Source of the DNA: a virus
Taxonomy: Duplodnaviria; Caudoviricetes
Virus record (IMG/VR): IMGVR_UViG_3300020043_004524
Span: 1-25,435 of that record
Reading direction: 5' to 3' (one strand)
DNA: 25,435 bases
The notes under the pieces were generated by a model, which ran no database searches, was not told the DNA's origin, and was given only the letters and a program-made list of their open reading frames with translations. A program made the position numbers and the translations under genes. Shown one piece after another: positions 10,258 through 19,237 of this stretch (position 1 is its first letter; each line of letters starts with the position of its first letter).

Positions 10258-11036
10258 CCAGCACCGCCATCATCTGCTACGACAACCTCGCCGAGTCGCC
10301 GCTGCTGACCGCATCCACCGCCAGCAGCGCCGCTACCGGCTACAGCGCTGCCAACGCCTGGGACTGGCTGACCACCACCTACTGGTCGCCCACCTCCAAC
10401 GGCGTGCAGACCCTGACGTTTCAGTTCAGCGCCGACGTGACGGCCGACTATTTTGGCCTGTATCGTCACAACATGGGAACCGTTGGCGCCTCCGTCAAGC
10501 TGCAATACAGCACCGACGGCAGCACCTGGAGCGATGCATTTACCAGCCAGTCGCCGGACGATGACGAAATCCTGCTCAAGACGTTCACGTCCCAGGCCGC
10601 CGACTGGTGGCGCATCCGGTTTGACCTTGGCAGCAGCGCGGAAACCCTGTACGTGGGCATTGTCGCCTTCGGCCAGAAGCTGACCACGCAATACGGCATG
10701 CCCGCTGGGTTTGTGGTGCCGCGCCACGGCCGCGCCACCCAGATCCTGAACAACAAAACCGAGGGCGGCCAGTTCGCCGGCCGCTCCATCATTGCCCGCG
10801 GTGCCCGGTCCACCATCACCATCCGCAACGCCACGCAGGCCTGGGCGCGGTCGTACTGGGAACCGTTTGTGCGGCATGCCGAGCTGAAGCCGTTTTTTTT
10901 CAGCCGCAACCACACCGATTATCCAGAGGATGCCGCCTACTGCTGGACGGACGGCGACATCCCGGAATACGCCATCAACGATGACCGGCGCCAGACGCTG
11001 ACCCTGCCGGTGCAGTGCCTGTTGAGCGGGGAGTAA
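10254..11036 (+). CDS. Putative distal tail protein, possibly with an inserted beta-sandwich domain
   Basis: Lies directly after the tape measure gene. LQYSTDGSTWSD...WWRIRF resembles discoidin/F5-8-like domains. Confidence 0.65.
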   Translation: MTSTAIICYDNLAESPLLTASTASSAATGYSAANAWDWLTTTYWSPTSNGVQTLTFQFSADVTADYFGLYRHNMGTVGASVKLQYSTDGSTWSDAFTSQSPDDDEILLKTFTSQAADWWRIRFDLGSSAETLYVGIVAFGQKLTTQYGMPAGFVVPRHGRATQILNNKTEGGQFAGRSIIARGARSTITIRNATQAWARSYWEPFVRHAELKPFFFSRNHTDYPEDAAYCWTDGDIPEYAINDDRRQTLTLPVQCLLSGE

Positions 11037-11040
11037 CAGC

Positions 11041-13473
11041 GTGACCGATCACATCACCGAGGCCTCGCGTGTCGGCCGCATTCCGGTCGTGTTCGTCGAG
11101 CTGGACATTGACTGCTGCACCCGCACCTACGGCACCAGTCCATGCACGGCATCGGTCGGCGTCACCGGCGCGGCCAAGTGCTACAACACCTACGCCACCT
11201 GTCAGGACACCGCCCACTACAACAAGGGGGTGAAAACCTACAGGTTCAGCGAGCCGTCCGCCCGCTTGCTGGTGGGGCTGCAAACCATCCCGTTGCTGCG
11301 CTCGGTGTCGTTTGCGCCCCAGCAGATCACCCCCGGAAAAGGGCTTGGCGTGCGGGGCAGCGTCAGCATCCAGCTGGACGACGCGCCCTGGACGGACCTC
11401 GACATTGACCCCTATGTCACCGACCGCGCCACTCCGGCGGCGGGCACGTTCTGGGGCCGGTTCCGCGCCCGCAACCCGTATTATGAGGGGCGGCCGCTGC
11501 GCATCCTGTCGGGCTACATCACCAGCCCGTTCACCTGGGATGCGTTCCAGACCCGGGCCTACATCATCGACAGCCTGTCCGCCGTGCTCAAGGGCGACAA
11601 GGCCCAGATCACCGGCAAGGACATCCTCAAGTTGGCCGACGACAAGAAGGCCCTGTTCCCGCGCCCCAGCACGGGCACGTTGTCCGCCGGCATCACCGAC
11701 AGCGCCACCAGCCTGACGGCCTCGCCGACCGGCGTAGGCGACGACGAATACCCGGCATCCGGGAAAATCGCCATCAGCGGCGAGATCATGTCGTTCACGC
11801 GCTCCGGCGACACGTTCACCGTCACCCGCGCCCAGGACAACACCGAGGCGCAGGCCCACGACGCCGACGACACCATCCAGCTGGTTGGCGAGTTTGCCAG
11901 CGCCGAAATTCAGGACGTGATCTACAACCTGCTGACCGATTACGCGGACATCGACACCGCCTACATCGACAAGCCCGCCTGGGACACCGAGCGTGACACC
12001 TACCTGACCGGCGTCTGGAACCTGACCCAGCCGGAACCGGTCGGCGTCAACACCCTGCTGGCCGAGCTGACCGAGCAGGGCAATTGCCGCATCTGGTGGG
12101 ATGAGATCGAGCAGCAGATCCGGTTCCGGGCCATCCGCCCGCTGGATGCCGCGTTGCCGGTCTACACCGACGATGAGCATTTCCTAGCGGGTACGGTTGA
12201 CCTGAAGGACGACCCGAAACAGCGTATCAGCAGCGTGCTGGTCTATTTCGGGCGTCGGTCTCCGGCGGAAAAGCTGGACGACCTGAAAAACTACGCCGTG
12301 CGCTACCTGCAGGCGGACCCGGATGCCGCTGGCGCCAATCAGTACGGCAGCAACGTGATCAAGCGCATCAACAGCCGCTGGTTCCTGAGCACCAGCCTGG
12401 GCCGTGTTGAAGACCTGGCCGATGCCTTGCTGATGACGTTCCGCGACCCGCCGCGCATCCTGTCGTTTGCCATGGACCCGCGCCATGACCTGCGCGTGGG
12501 AGACATTTTCCGGGCGCGGACGCGATACCTGCAGGCCGCCGACGGCAGCAACAACCAGCTGGCGTTTGAGGTCATCGAGGCGCAGGAGGAGAGGGCGGGG
12601 CACCTGATCCGGTACCGGGCGCAGTCAATGCCGGCTGATATACCGCTGGTGGGCGAGCACAGCATCGTTTTCAGCACGGATGAGTTTGACGTGGACCTGT
12701 ATGCGGTGTTTGTGCTGGAGTTTGGCGCGCCGACATCGGCCGTCACGGTCAGCGTCACCGTCCAATCCGGGGTTTTTATCAGCGCCACCAGCAAGTCAAT
12801 CCCTGCGTTTAATGTCGGTGCCGGCTGGCCTGACGGCTCAATTATTGAGCTCGAAAACCTGGGCGAAATTGTGGGTCGCGGTGGCGATGCAGGTTCTGGC
12901 GGCCTGATTGACACGTCAACTATCGTCAGCCCCACTGCTGGTGATGATGGCGGCCCGGCGCTGGATGCCTCCGATTATCCGATCACGATCGACAATACGT
13001 CCGGCATCATATCTGGCGGCTCCGGTGGCGGCGGTGGCGGTGGTGCGGCGCGGTGCATCGGGATCATCGCGCCGTTGTCATGGGCTGGTGGGTCTGGTGG
13101 CGGCGGGGGATGGCCGTTTGGTGCGGGTGGAGCAATAAGCGCTGCGTCGGAATATCACTCCACCGCGTATGACAGCGGGCATCCTGGCGCTGCGGCTGGC
13201 GTGTCGGACGGAGGCGCGGGTGGGGTATCGGAGACAACAACGGACTCTGTGGCAGATCCTCCGCAAACCGTGACATCAACATCCGGCGCTGGCGGTGATG
13301 GCGGCGGTCAATACGCCCAGGATGGCGCTGATGGAGGCAACGGATCAACAACCGGCGGAGTCGCGTCAAGTACGCAAACCGGCGCGGGTGGTGGTGTTGC
13401 TGGGCCCGCAATTATCGGCGACAGCAACATAACGTGGACCGCCACCGGCACCCGGCACGGCGCAATTACCTGA
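11041..13473 (+). CDS. Tail tip / baseplate hub protein with Gly-rich C-terminal domain
   Basis: 810 aa, GTG start; N-terminal Cys cluster (CCTRTYGTSPC...KCYNTYATC); Gly-rich C-terminus; synteny. Confidence 0.75.
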   Translation: MTDHITEASRVGRIPVVFVELDIDCCTRTYGTSPCTASVGVTGAAKCYNTYATCQDTAHYNKGVKTYRFSEPSARLLVGLQTIPLLRSVSFAPQQITPGKGLGVRGSVSIQLDDAPWTDLDIDPYVTDRATPAAGTFWGRFRARNPYYEGRPLRILSGYITSPFTWDAFQTRAYIIDSLSAVLKGDKAQITGKDILKLADDKKALFPRPSTGTLSAGITDSATSLTASPTGVGDDEYPASGKIAISGEIMSFTRSGDTFTVTRAQDNTEAQAHDADDTIQLVGEFASAEIQDVIYNLLTDYADIDTAYIDKPAWDTERDTYLTGVWNLTQPEPVGVNTLLAELTEQGNCRIWWDEIEQQIRFRAIRPLDAALPVYTDDEHFLAGTVDLKDDPKQRISSVLVYFGRRSPAEKLDDLKNYAVRYLQADPDAAGANQYGSNVIKRINSRWFLSTSLGRVEDLADALLMTFRDPPRILSFAMDPRHDLRVGDIFRARTRYLQAADGSNNQLAFEVIEAQEERAGHLIRYRAQSMPADIPLVGEHSIVFSTDEFDVDLYAVFVLEFGAPTSAVTVSVTVQSGVFISATSKSIPAFNVGAGWPDGSIIELENLGEIVGRGGDAGSGGLIDTSTIVSPTAGDDGGPALDASDYPITIDNTSGIISGGSGGGGGGGAARCIGIIAPLSWAGGSGGGGGWPFGAGGAISAASEYHSTAYDSGHPGAAAGVSDGGAGGVSETTTDSVADPPQTVTSTSGAGGDGGGQYAQDGADGGNGSTTGGVASSTQTGAGGGVAGPAIIGDSNITWTATGTRHGAIT

Positions 13474-13489
13474 TCAACACAATGACCAT

Positions 13490-13513
13490 AACCCGCTCTG
13501 GCGGGTTTTTTTT
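13490..13513 (+). terminator. Intrinsic terminator-like hairpin
   Basis: AACCCGC-TCTG-GCGGGTT followed by a T run. Confidence 0.75.
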
Positions 13514-13523
13514 GGAGATAACC

Positions 13524-13934
13524 ATGCCTGCGCGCCGTCGTGATTTTATTTTGTATATTGGGGACACGTTTCAGCGGCAGATAAACCTGCGATCGGGTCC
13601 GGAAGCGGATATTGCCGACTTTACTGGCCGGTTTGTCATTTACAACGATGACGACTCCGAATTGATCGCGCTGACAACAGAAACCAGCGGTATTACCCTG
13701 CATAACGGGTATATCGAGATTGAAATAACTGACGTGGTGTCGTCCGGGATTAGCGTGGCCGGATTATCGCGTACTGGCACAATTGTCGAGCCGGCTGATA
13801 ATTGCGAGTTACCGTATTCCGCCGATGGGTATCTGGCGCGTTATGCCCTCCGTGTTGAGTCAACGACCGGTGTCGTCACAACGCTGCTGACCGGTACTGT
13901 TGGGATCGTCGAGTCTGTTGTGGAGGATGAATAA
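13524..13934 (+). CDS. Putative fibre adaptor (BppU N-terminal-like Ig fold)
   Basis: GGAGA SD before ATG 13524; IGDTF...RYALRVE...TTLLTGTV pattern; precedes the fibre gene. Confidence 0.6.
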   Translation: MPARRRDFILYIGDTFQRQINLRSGPEADIADFTGRFVIYNDDDSELIALTTETSGITLHNGYIEIEITDVVSSGISVAGLSRTGTIVEPADNCELPYSADGYLARYALRVESTTGVVTTLLTGTVGIVESVVEDE

Positions 13935-16484
13935 ATGCAGGTGCAATCTATTGGACTGGGCGTGATACCTCAGCCTGTTGACGATGATCAGTCTGGGCCG
14001 GAGGTTGAGAGCGTTTATATACCGGGTCCGCGCGGATACCACGGAGGCGGTGCGGCTGGTAGTAATTTTGCCGGTGACTGGGATATGTCGATTGGCGAGC
14101 CGGGGGGGCGTGCTGATGAGCTGACGATTGCCACATTGTCAACGCTGACGGGCACGACAATTACACCCGACTACCCGCTCAGCGTGACAGGAGATTATCT
14201 ATTCACCGGCGGCGAAACGGGACGGATACAGGTAACAGAACCAGAGTATAGCTCGTACGCTGCATTTGCACTGACTATGCCTGCGGGCGCTTGTACTGGT
14301 GTGCAAATAAGGTACTTGGTATCTGTGCTTTGCAACAGCGGCGCGGATGCTGCTGACATCGAGGCGATATTCAACGGCGCCGCGCCCTCAACGGCGGTCT
14401 GGGCCGTTGGCGTCATGTATGACATTTCGGCATATCCTCGTCCGCAGGTTAAAACATTTGCAGTTGTAAACAGCGTTCTTGATCTGGCTAACCCGTTTGT
14501 CGGTTCCGGGTTTAATTATGGTGATGTCTGGCCATTTGCTTACGTTTACCAAACAGGAACATTAACTGATTATTCGGTTGAGTCAATATCCGTTGTCCTT
14601 GATACGGCGGCTATAACCGGCGCTGGCCAGCAATTAAAAATCATTGCTGGCGGCCTTGCGGAATCTGGCCGGACTCAATCCGGATATGGTGCGATCGCTT
14701 ACGCGCAGAACGGGTTTTTATTGACGGCGGACGCGTACCTGCCGGACGGCGCTGTGGATGAAAACTGGTACAGGGTAACTGGCGCCGGGACGTTTGCCGG
14801 TGTTGAAACCGTAATTGGCGATTACGTCAAACTGATTGATGGAATGACAGACATCATTGCCGTGCATTATGGTGCTGATGGTGCTCAGGGGCCGCAGGGA
14901 GACCCCGGTCCTGCTGGCGCTGACGGTGCACCGGGCGCTGATGGTGCTCAGGGTGATCCTGGGCCTGCAGGTGCTGACGGTGCGTCGGCGTATGAGGTAG
15001 CGGTTGCCAATGGGTTTGTTGGCGATGAGGCCGCATGGTTGGCGTCGCTGGTAGGGGCTACTGGAGCAGCAGGGCCAACGGGCGCGACAGGGGCAACGGG
15101 CGCAACCGGACCTGCTGGCGCAACAGGAGCAACAGGAGCAACAGGAGCAACAGGAGCGCCGGGCACTGCCGCAACGATAGCTGTTGGTACTGTGACAACG
15201 GGAGCCGCGGGAAGCTCGGCAGTCATAACAAATTCAGGGTCATCCTCTGCTGCTGTTTTTGATTTTACTATTCCACGCGGGGATACCGGCGCATCGGGCA
15301 GCAGTACCGTCACAATCAGCGGCAAAACCGGCGCATATACAGTTGTTGCTGGAGACCTTGGCACTGTCATCAACTGTACGGCCAATACGTTTACCGTGTC
15401 GTTGACCGCAGCTTCAACGCTTGGTGCGGGATTTCATTGTTGGGTTTGGAACACGTCAGGTACGACAACCCATGTTATTACCATTGATCCCAACGGGGCA
15501 GAAACCATTGATGGTGCCACGACATTGTTACTTCGTCGTGGAGAGGGATGCCAGATCATTTGTGATGGTACTAACTGGCAAACAGGAGGCACTAAAAAAC
15601 AAAGGCTTTATTCAGAAAATGCAATTGTTTCTGTAACACGCCCTGCTGCATACGGTGGAAATAGTGTAGCCATTGGTTCTGGAGCTACAGCAACAGTGAC
15701 CTCTGCGGTTGCTATGGGTGAAACAGCTACGGCAACAGGGACAAATGCCGTGGCGCTTGGAAAAGCCAGAGCAGCGATGATTGATAGTTTTGCCGCTCAA
15801 ATTGGTGATAGCACAACAACTTATGGGGCCAAGACAGCCGCAAATACGATAGCAATGGGTTATCTTGCGGTCGCATCTGGACAATATGCAGCGGTACTTG
15901 GTGGTAGTAGTTGTCAGGCGCAAAGTGCTTATTCGTGCGTAATTGGTGGAGGATCAGCAACCGCACTAGGAACGTATTCTGTGGTACTTGGTGGGTATAA
16001 TACTGTTTCATCGGGTCATGGAAAAGTTGTAAGTGGTACAGGTATGACCGCTTTTGCAGGGCAAGGTACTGCCCAAACTGGGACAATGACAATTGCGCGA
16101 AATACCACTGACGGTACCCCTACAGTATTGTTATCAGATAATGGCACTGCAGGGACGCTAAACCAACTCGCGCTGGCAAACAATCAGTCGATGGCGGTTA
16201 CTGGCCGAGTTATTGCTCAGCGCAAGGGTAGTGAATCCACAACATCAACAGCAATGTGGACATTCAACGCAGTTATCCGGCGAGGTGCAAACGCAGCATC
16301 CACGGCATTAGTTGCCGCTGTTACGCCCGCTTTGATTGCAGCCGATGCCGATGCGGCGGCGTGGACTGTCGCTGTATCGGCTGATACGACAAACGGTACG
16401 CTGGCTGTAACGGCTACAGGTGAGGCCGGGAAAATAATCCGTTGGGTTTGCACGCTGGAATCCACTGAAACTATTTACGCATGA
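13935..16484 (+). CDS. Tail fibre / receptor-binding protein with collagen-like and YadA-head-like repeats
   Basis: Two Gly-X-Y tracts; SAYEVAVANGFVG and FDFTIPRGDTG motifs; NSVAIG/SAVAMG/NAVALG repeats; 849 aa. Confidence 0.85.
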   Translation: MQVQSIGLGVIPQPVDDDQSGPEVESVYIPGPRGYHGGGAAGSNFAGDWDMSIGEPGGRADELTIATLSTLTGTTITPDYPLSVTGDYLFTGGETGRIQVTEPEYSSYAAFALTMPAGACTGVQIRYLVSVLCNSGADAADIEAIFNGAAPSTAVWAVGVMYDISAYPRPQVKTFAVVNSVLDLANPFVGSGFNYGDVWPFAYVYQTGTLTDYSVESISVVLDTAAITGAGQQLKIIAGGLAESGRTQSGYGAIAYAQNGFLLTADAYLPDGAVDENWYRVTGAGTFAGVETVIGDYVKLIDGMTDIIAVHYGADGAQGPQGDPGPAGADGAPGADGAQGDPGPAGADGASAYEVAVANGFVGDEAAWLASLVGATGAAGPTGATGATGATGPAGATGATGATGATGAPGTAATIAVGTVTTGAAGSSAVITNSGSSSAAVFDFTIPRGDTGASGSSTVTISGKTGAYTVVAGDLGTVINCTANTFTVSLTAASTLGAGFHCWVWNTSGTTTHVITIDPNGAETIDGATTLLLRRGEGCQIICDGTNWQTGGTKKQRLYSENAIVSVTRPAAYGGNSVAIGSGATATVTSAVAMGETATATGTNAVALGKARAAMIDSFAAQIGDSTTTYGAKTAANTIAMGYLAVASGQYAAVLGGSSCQAQSAYSCVIGGGSATALGTYSVVLGGYNTVSSGHGKVVSGTGMTAFAGQGTAQTGTMTIARNTTDGTPTVLLSDNGTAGTLNQLALANNQSMAVTGRVIAQRKGSESTTSTAMWTFNAVIRRGANAASTALVAAVTPALIAADADAAAWTVAVSADTTNGTLAVTATGEAGKIIRWVCTLESTETIYA
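14871..15170 (+). repeat. Two collagen-like (GXY)13 tracts, including a GCAACAGGA x4 tandem at 15120-15155
   Basis: Read directly from the DNA and its translation. Confidence 0.9.
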
Positions 16485-16491
16485 GGTTGAT

Positions 16492-16773
16492 ATGGCCGTT
16501 TCTCTTGATGTGACAAACACCCCGCTGGGCGTTGGATTTCAAAACGCTTATGCGCGTATTGCAACGGTTGCCATCAGCAGGCAACCGGGCGGAGGACATA
16601 CAGTGATGATTGACGTTGCCATCTACGCAACTATCCCGGATGACAACACCCAGAACGTGGACATGCGCCGGTATGTGCTGCATCTGGCTGATTTGCCGGC
16701 AGGCGATCCACTGCCTGCCGCCTACGTCTGGATCAAAACGCAGCCGGATTTTACCGGGGCAGTGGACGTGTAA
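16492..16773 (+). CDS. Putative tail fibre assembly / accessory protein
   Basis: GAGG SD; 93 aa directly after the fibre; AYVWIKTQPDFTGAVDV C-terminus is typical of small genes at this position. Confidence 0.7.
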   Translation: MAVSLDVTNTPLGVGFQNAYARIATVAISRQPGGGHTVMIDVAIYATIPDDNTQNVDMRRYVLHLADLPAGDPLPAAYVWIKTQPDFTGAVDV

Positions 16774-17008
16774 ATCGTAACTGTATGCCGTCAGGTGTTT
16801 CAACCCATACGGCATCCGGCGCCGGATGCCGTATCAGGTCGTCGATCAGCAGAACGATAGTGATCAGCAGGGCGGCAATGACTGTGAGTTTTATGATGTA
16901 GGCGTCCATGTTTGATATCATCCTGGCGGCAGGTAGGCCGCGTTGGGCGCGGATGATACCGGCGCCGGTTGTGATTTCCAACAGCATGGCGGTGTATTGG
17001 TCTGTCAT
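16751..17008 (-). CDS. Hypothetical membrane protein (start uncertain)
   Basis: ATGA overlap with the upstream gene; one hydrophobic segment IIKLTVIAALLITIVLLI. Confidence 0.55.
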   Translation of the reverse strand: MTDQYTAMLLEITTGAGIIRAQRGLPAARMISNMDAYIIKLTVIAALLITIVLLIDDLIRHPAPDAVWVETPDGIQLRFTRPLPR

Positions 17009-17334
17009 GTCAACACCTCCCCTCGCAGCATCTCTACCGAGTCGCTGATACGCTCCAGCAGGTAATCCGGGATCGTCGCCTTACTTGCCATAAACGCGGA
17101 CTCAAGCGCCGACAGCAGCATCATCAGGTCGAGCGCCTGCTCGCGGCCCATGCGGGAGCTGGATATTGCCGTCTGCGCCGCCACGGTCGCGGCGTGGTGG
17201 TCGTTGCTGCCCTGGATATACGACTTCTTCATAATTTCCCGGACCACTTCGCGCAATGGGTCGATTTGCAGCGGCTGGACATTGATCACGCGGTAGATGG
17301 CGCGGAGGGATTCTTCGATTTTCTCGGTGGTCAT
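17005..17334 (-). CDS. Hypothetical phage early protein
   Basis: GGAGA SD; ATGA coupling at both ends. Confidence 0.7.
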   Translation of the reverse strand: MTTEKIEESLRAIYRVINVQPLQIDPLREVVREIMKKSYIQGSNDHHAATVAAQTAISSSRMGREQALDLMMLLSALESAFMASKATIPDYLLERISDSVEMLRGEVLT

Positions 17335-18119
17335 TTCTTGTCTCCAGTGGATTGCAGCAGGGCGCGGGCGCGATAGACCAGCTGCATTTCGTTTTCGTAC
17401 TTGCGCAGTTCGGACGGATAGTGGCTGCGGGACTGGTAGCGCATGTCCAGTTCAATTGACAGGTCATCGGCCAGTTCGGTTATCACATCCCGCCACTCCT
17501 GCGGGACGATCAATTTCGTGACGTCACAGAATTGATCCGGCACAGCAGGCACAGCCACGGCAGGCTTTTCCTCATACCGCACCTTCCTTGCTGCTTCTGG
17601 CTTCACCCACCCGCACGCTTCAGCAATGTCGGCCATGATTGCACGGTCAGCAGGCACAGCCACGGCAGGCGCAGCGGGGACGGGGCGGGCGTAGAGTGCT
17701 GTAACAATCGGCCCTGTCACATCATCACGGATGCTCGGAATATGCGGTTGAAACTGTAGACGCTTTTCACCCGTGCCCTGGTATTCGTGGATCATCCACG
17801 CCACTGCAGGCTGCTGCTGCGCCTCTTTCAGCGCCTTCTCTGCGCGGTCCAGCGACCCGGTCAGCCCGTTGACCTCGTCGCGCAAGGCGGCAAACGTGGC
17901 GTCATCCTGTGACCTCACGCGCAACCTAAAGCTCGTCATTTCCTGCTGGTGCTCACGGGTGCGCTTTGCCATCAGTTCTTTCAGCCGCTCGTTCTCCGTC
18001 GCCAGATATTCCAGCGCCTTTACCACCTGATGCCGTTCATAACTCTCTGTGCCTATCTGGTCGTAATACTGCGGGTTAATCCGGGCTCGCAGGTCGGCGA
18101 TAAGTTGTTCGATGTTCAT
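17331..18119 (-). CDS. Modular Ea22/Ead-like early protein
   Basis: GAGGA SD before ATG 18119; coiled coil; QQPAVAW...ALYARP module; PAVAVPA linkers. Confidence 0.7.
   Translation of the reverse strand: MNIEQLIADLRARINPQYYDQIGTESYERHQVVKALEYLATENERLKELMAKRTREHQQEMTSFRLRVRSQDDATFAALRDEVNGLTGSLDRAEKALKEAQQQPAVAWMIHEYQGTGEKRLQFQPHIPSIRDDVTGPIVTALYARPVPAAPAVAVPADRAIMADIAEACGWVKPEAARKVRYEEKPAVAVPAVPDQFCDVTKLIVPQEWRDVITELADDLSIELDMRYQSRSHYPSELRKYENEMQLVYRARALLQSTGDKK
17543..17670. repeat. 23-bp direct repeat CAGCAGGCACAGCCACGGCAGGC at 17543-17565 and 17648-17670
   Basis: Exact copies with a 105-bp (in-frame) period. Confidence 0.9.
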
Positions 18120-18126
18120 TTGATCC

Positions 18127-18879
18127 TCACTTGCAGCTACATGGCAAAACGGCGCAGGCATCGCACCGGCGCTTCACGGCGTCAGCCGTTTTACTGGCAT
18201 CAACAAAATGGTTTTTCCGCCAGTCCCGCCCCTGATAAATGCAGCTATCGCAATACGACTCCTGCGACAGCCCGTTGACCTGGCCACGGTTGGCGCAGGT
18301 TCGGCAGTCGGGCGCAGCTGTCAAGGAATCCTTCACCCCCGCCGGCACCACCCGGGCCCAATGCGTCACCACAAAATTACACCCGGCATTCACCTGGATC
18401 GGCTCGTCGTGCTCCGTGTCCAGCAGGTACCATTGCAGCCCATCCCAGTACCCGGCTTTCCAGTCGGTATCGATGCCGTCGATCAGGATGGTGACAATTA
18501 CGTCATCCGACAATCCCGGCTTGGCTTCATCGGCAGAGATCCAGCGCAGGGCGGGAGCCGGTAATGCTGCCGCGGCGTAAAACTCATGAATCGTGTCAGG
18601 CATCGCCAGCTTCTGGCACTGCATCTCAATTTTGCTACGGGTCCAGAACCGGATGAATTGTCCGCATTCGGAAAAGGCGACATACAGATCCGGTTTTTTG
18701 GTGGCCGCCAGCGTTAACGCGGCGTCAGCGTCAGCCAGCTCTTTGTGCAGTTGTTCAACCTCCGCGGTCAGCCCCTGAACAGCATCAGCAACCCTGTCGC
18801 GCAACTGTTCGGTCTGCCCGTACTGTTTCGCAATCGCGGTCAGATCATTCACCAGCTTTGCAATATCGTGATTTTTCAT
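18127..18879 (-). CDS. Modular early protein with a DUF551-like domain and Cys-rich C-terminus
   Basis: GGAGGAG SD; RWISADEAKP...VTHWA (DUF551-like); three CxxC motifs near the C-terminus. Confidence 0.75.
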   Translation of the reverse strand: MKNHDIAKLVNDLTAIAKQYGQTEQLRDRVADAVQGLTAEVEQLHKELADADAALTLAATKKPDLYVAFSECGQFIRFWTRSKIEMQCQKLAMPDTIHEFYAAAALPAPALRWISADEAKPGLSDDVIVTILIDGIDTDWKAGYWDGLQWYLLDTEHDEPIQVNAGCNFVVTHWARVVPAGVKDSLTAAPDCRTCANRGQVNGLSQESYCDSCIYQGRDWRKNHFVDASKTADAVKRRCDACAVLPCSCK

Positions 18880-18881
18880 AA

Positions 18882-18953
18882 TCACTCCTCCCCATCCGGA
18901 TCCAGATTGTCATCGGAGTCAAAAAGTTCATCGTTCAGCGGATCATTAAGCAT
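18882..18953 (-). CDS. Putative 23-aa acidic micro-ORF MLNDPLNDELFDSDDNLDPDGEE
   Basis: Fills the intergenic gap exactly. Its ATG overlaps the upstream stop region, and its TGA ends 2 nt before the next ATG. Confidence 0.5.
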   Translation of the reverse strand: MLNDPLNDELFDSDDNLDPDGEE

Positions 18954-19224
18954 TTTCGTTCTCAGCAATCTTTACGGCAGCCAGCGCCGCCATTTCATCC
19001 GCGTGCGCCTGGCACCGCGCCTTCGCTTGTTTGCGCATCGTCGGCTCCTCCGCATCCCGGTACACCTCCAGCAGCACGCCGGGCGCCCACCGGTTTTGCG
19101 GGGTAGGGGCATACCAGGCCGAATAGGTGCGGTCAAAATCCGGCCCGGCTTTGGTCACGGAATAGTGACCGTCCGCGCTTTTCACGCACCAGGGCGAAAA
19201 CGGCACCCACAACAATTCGGCCAT
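18946..19224 (-). CDS. Hypothetical phage protein
   Basis: GGAG SD before ATG 19224; AKARCQAHA helix. Confidence 0.7.
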   Translation of the reverse strand: MAELLWVPFSPWCVKSADGHYSVTKAGPDFDRTYSAWYAPTPQNRWAPGVLLEVYRDAEEPTMRKQAKARCQAHADEMAALAAVKIAENENA

Positions 19225-19237
19225 GGCATCAGCTCCG

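Noticed and set aside
1058-12180. Long minus-strand ORFs (1058-2968, 2860-3774, 4047-5477, 8344-9840, 10975-12180)
   Set aside because: They are antisense shadows of GC-rich structural genes and carry no recognisable motifs.
13935-16773. Diversity-generating retroelement or invertible tail-fibre system
   Set aside because: No reverse transcriptase, invertase, template/variable repeat pair or flanking inverted repeats were seen.
17543-17670. CRISPR-like mini-array
   Set aside because: There are only two copies, both in frame inside a CDS, with an 82-bp spacer and no cas genes.
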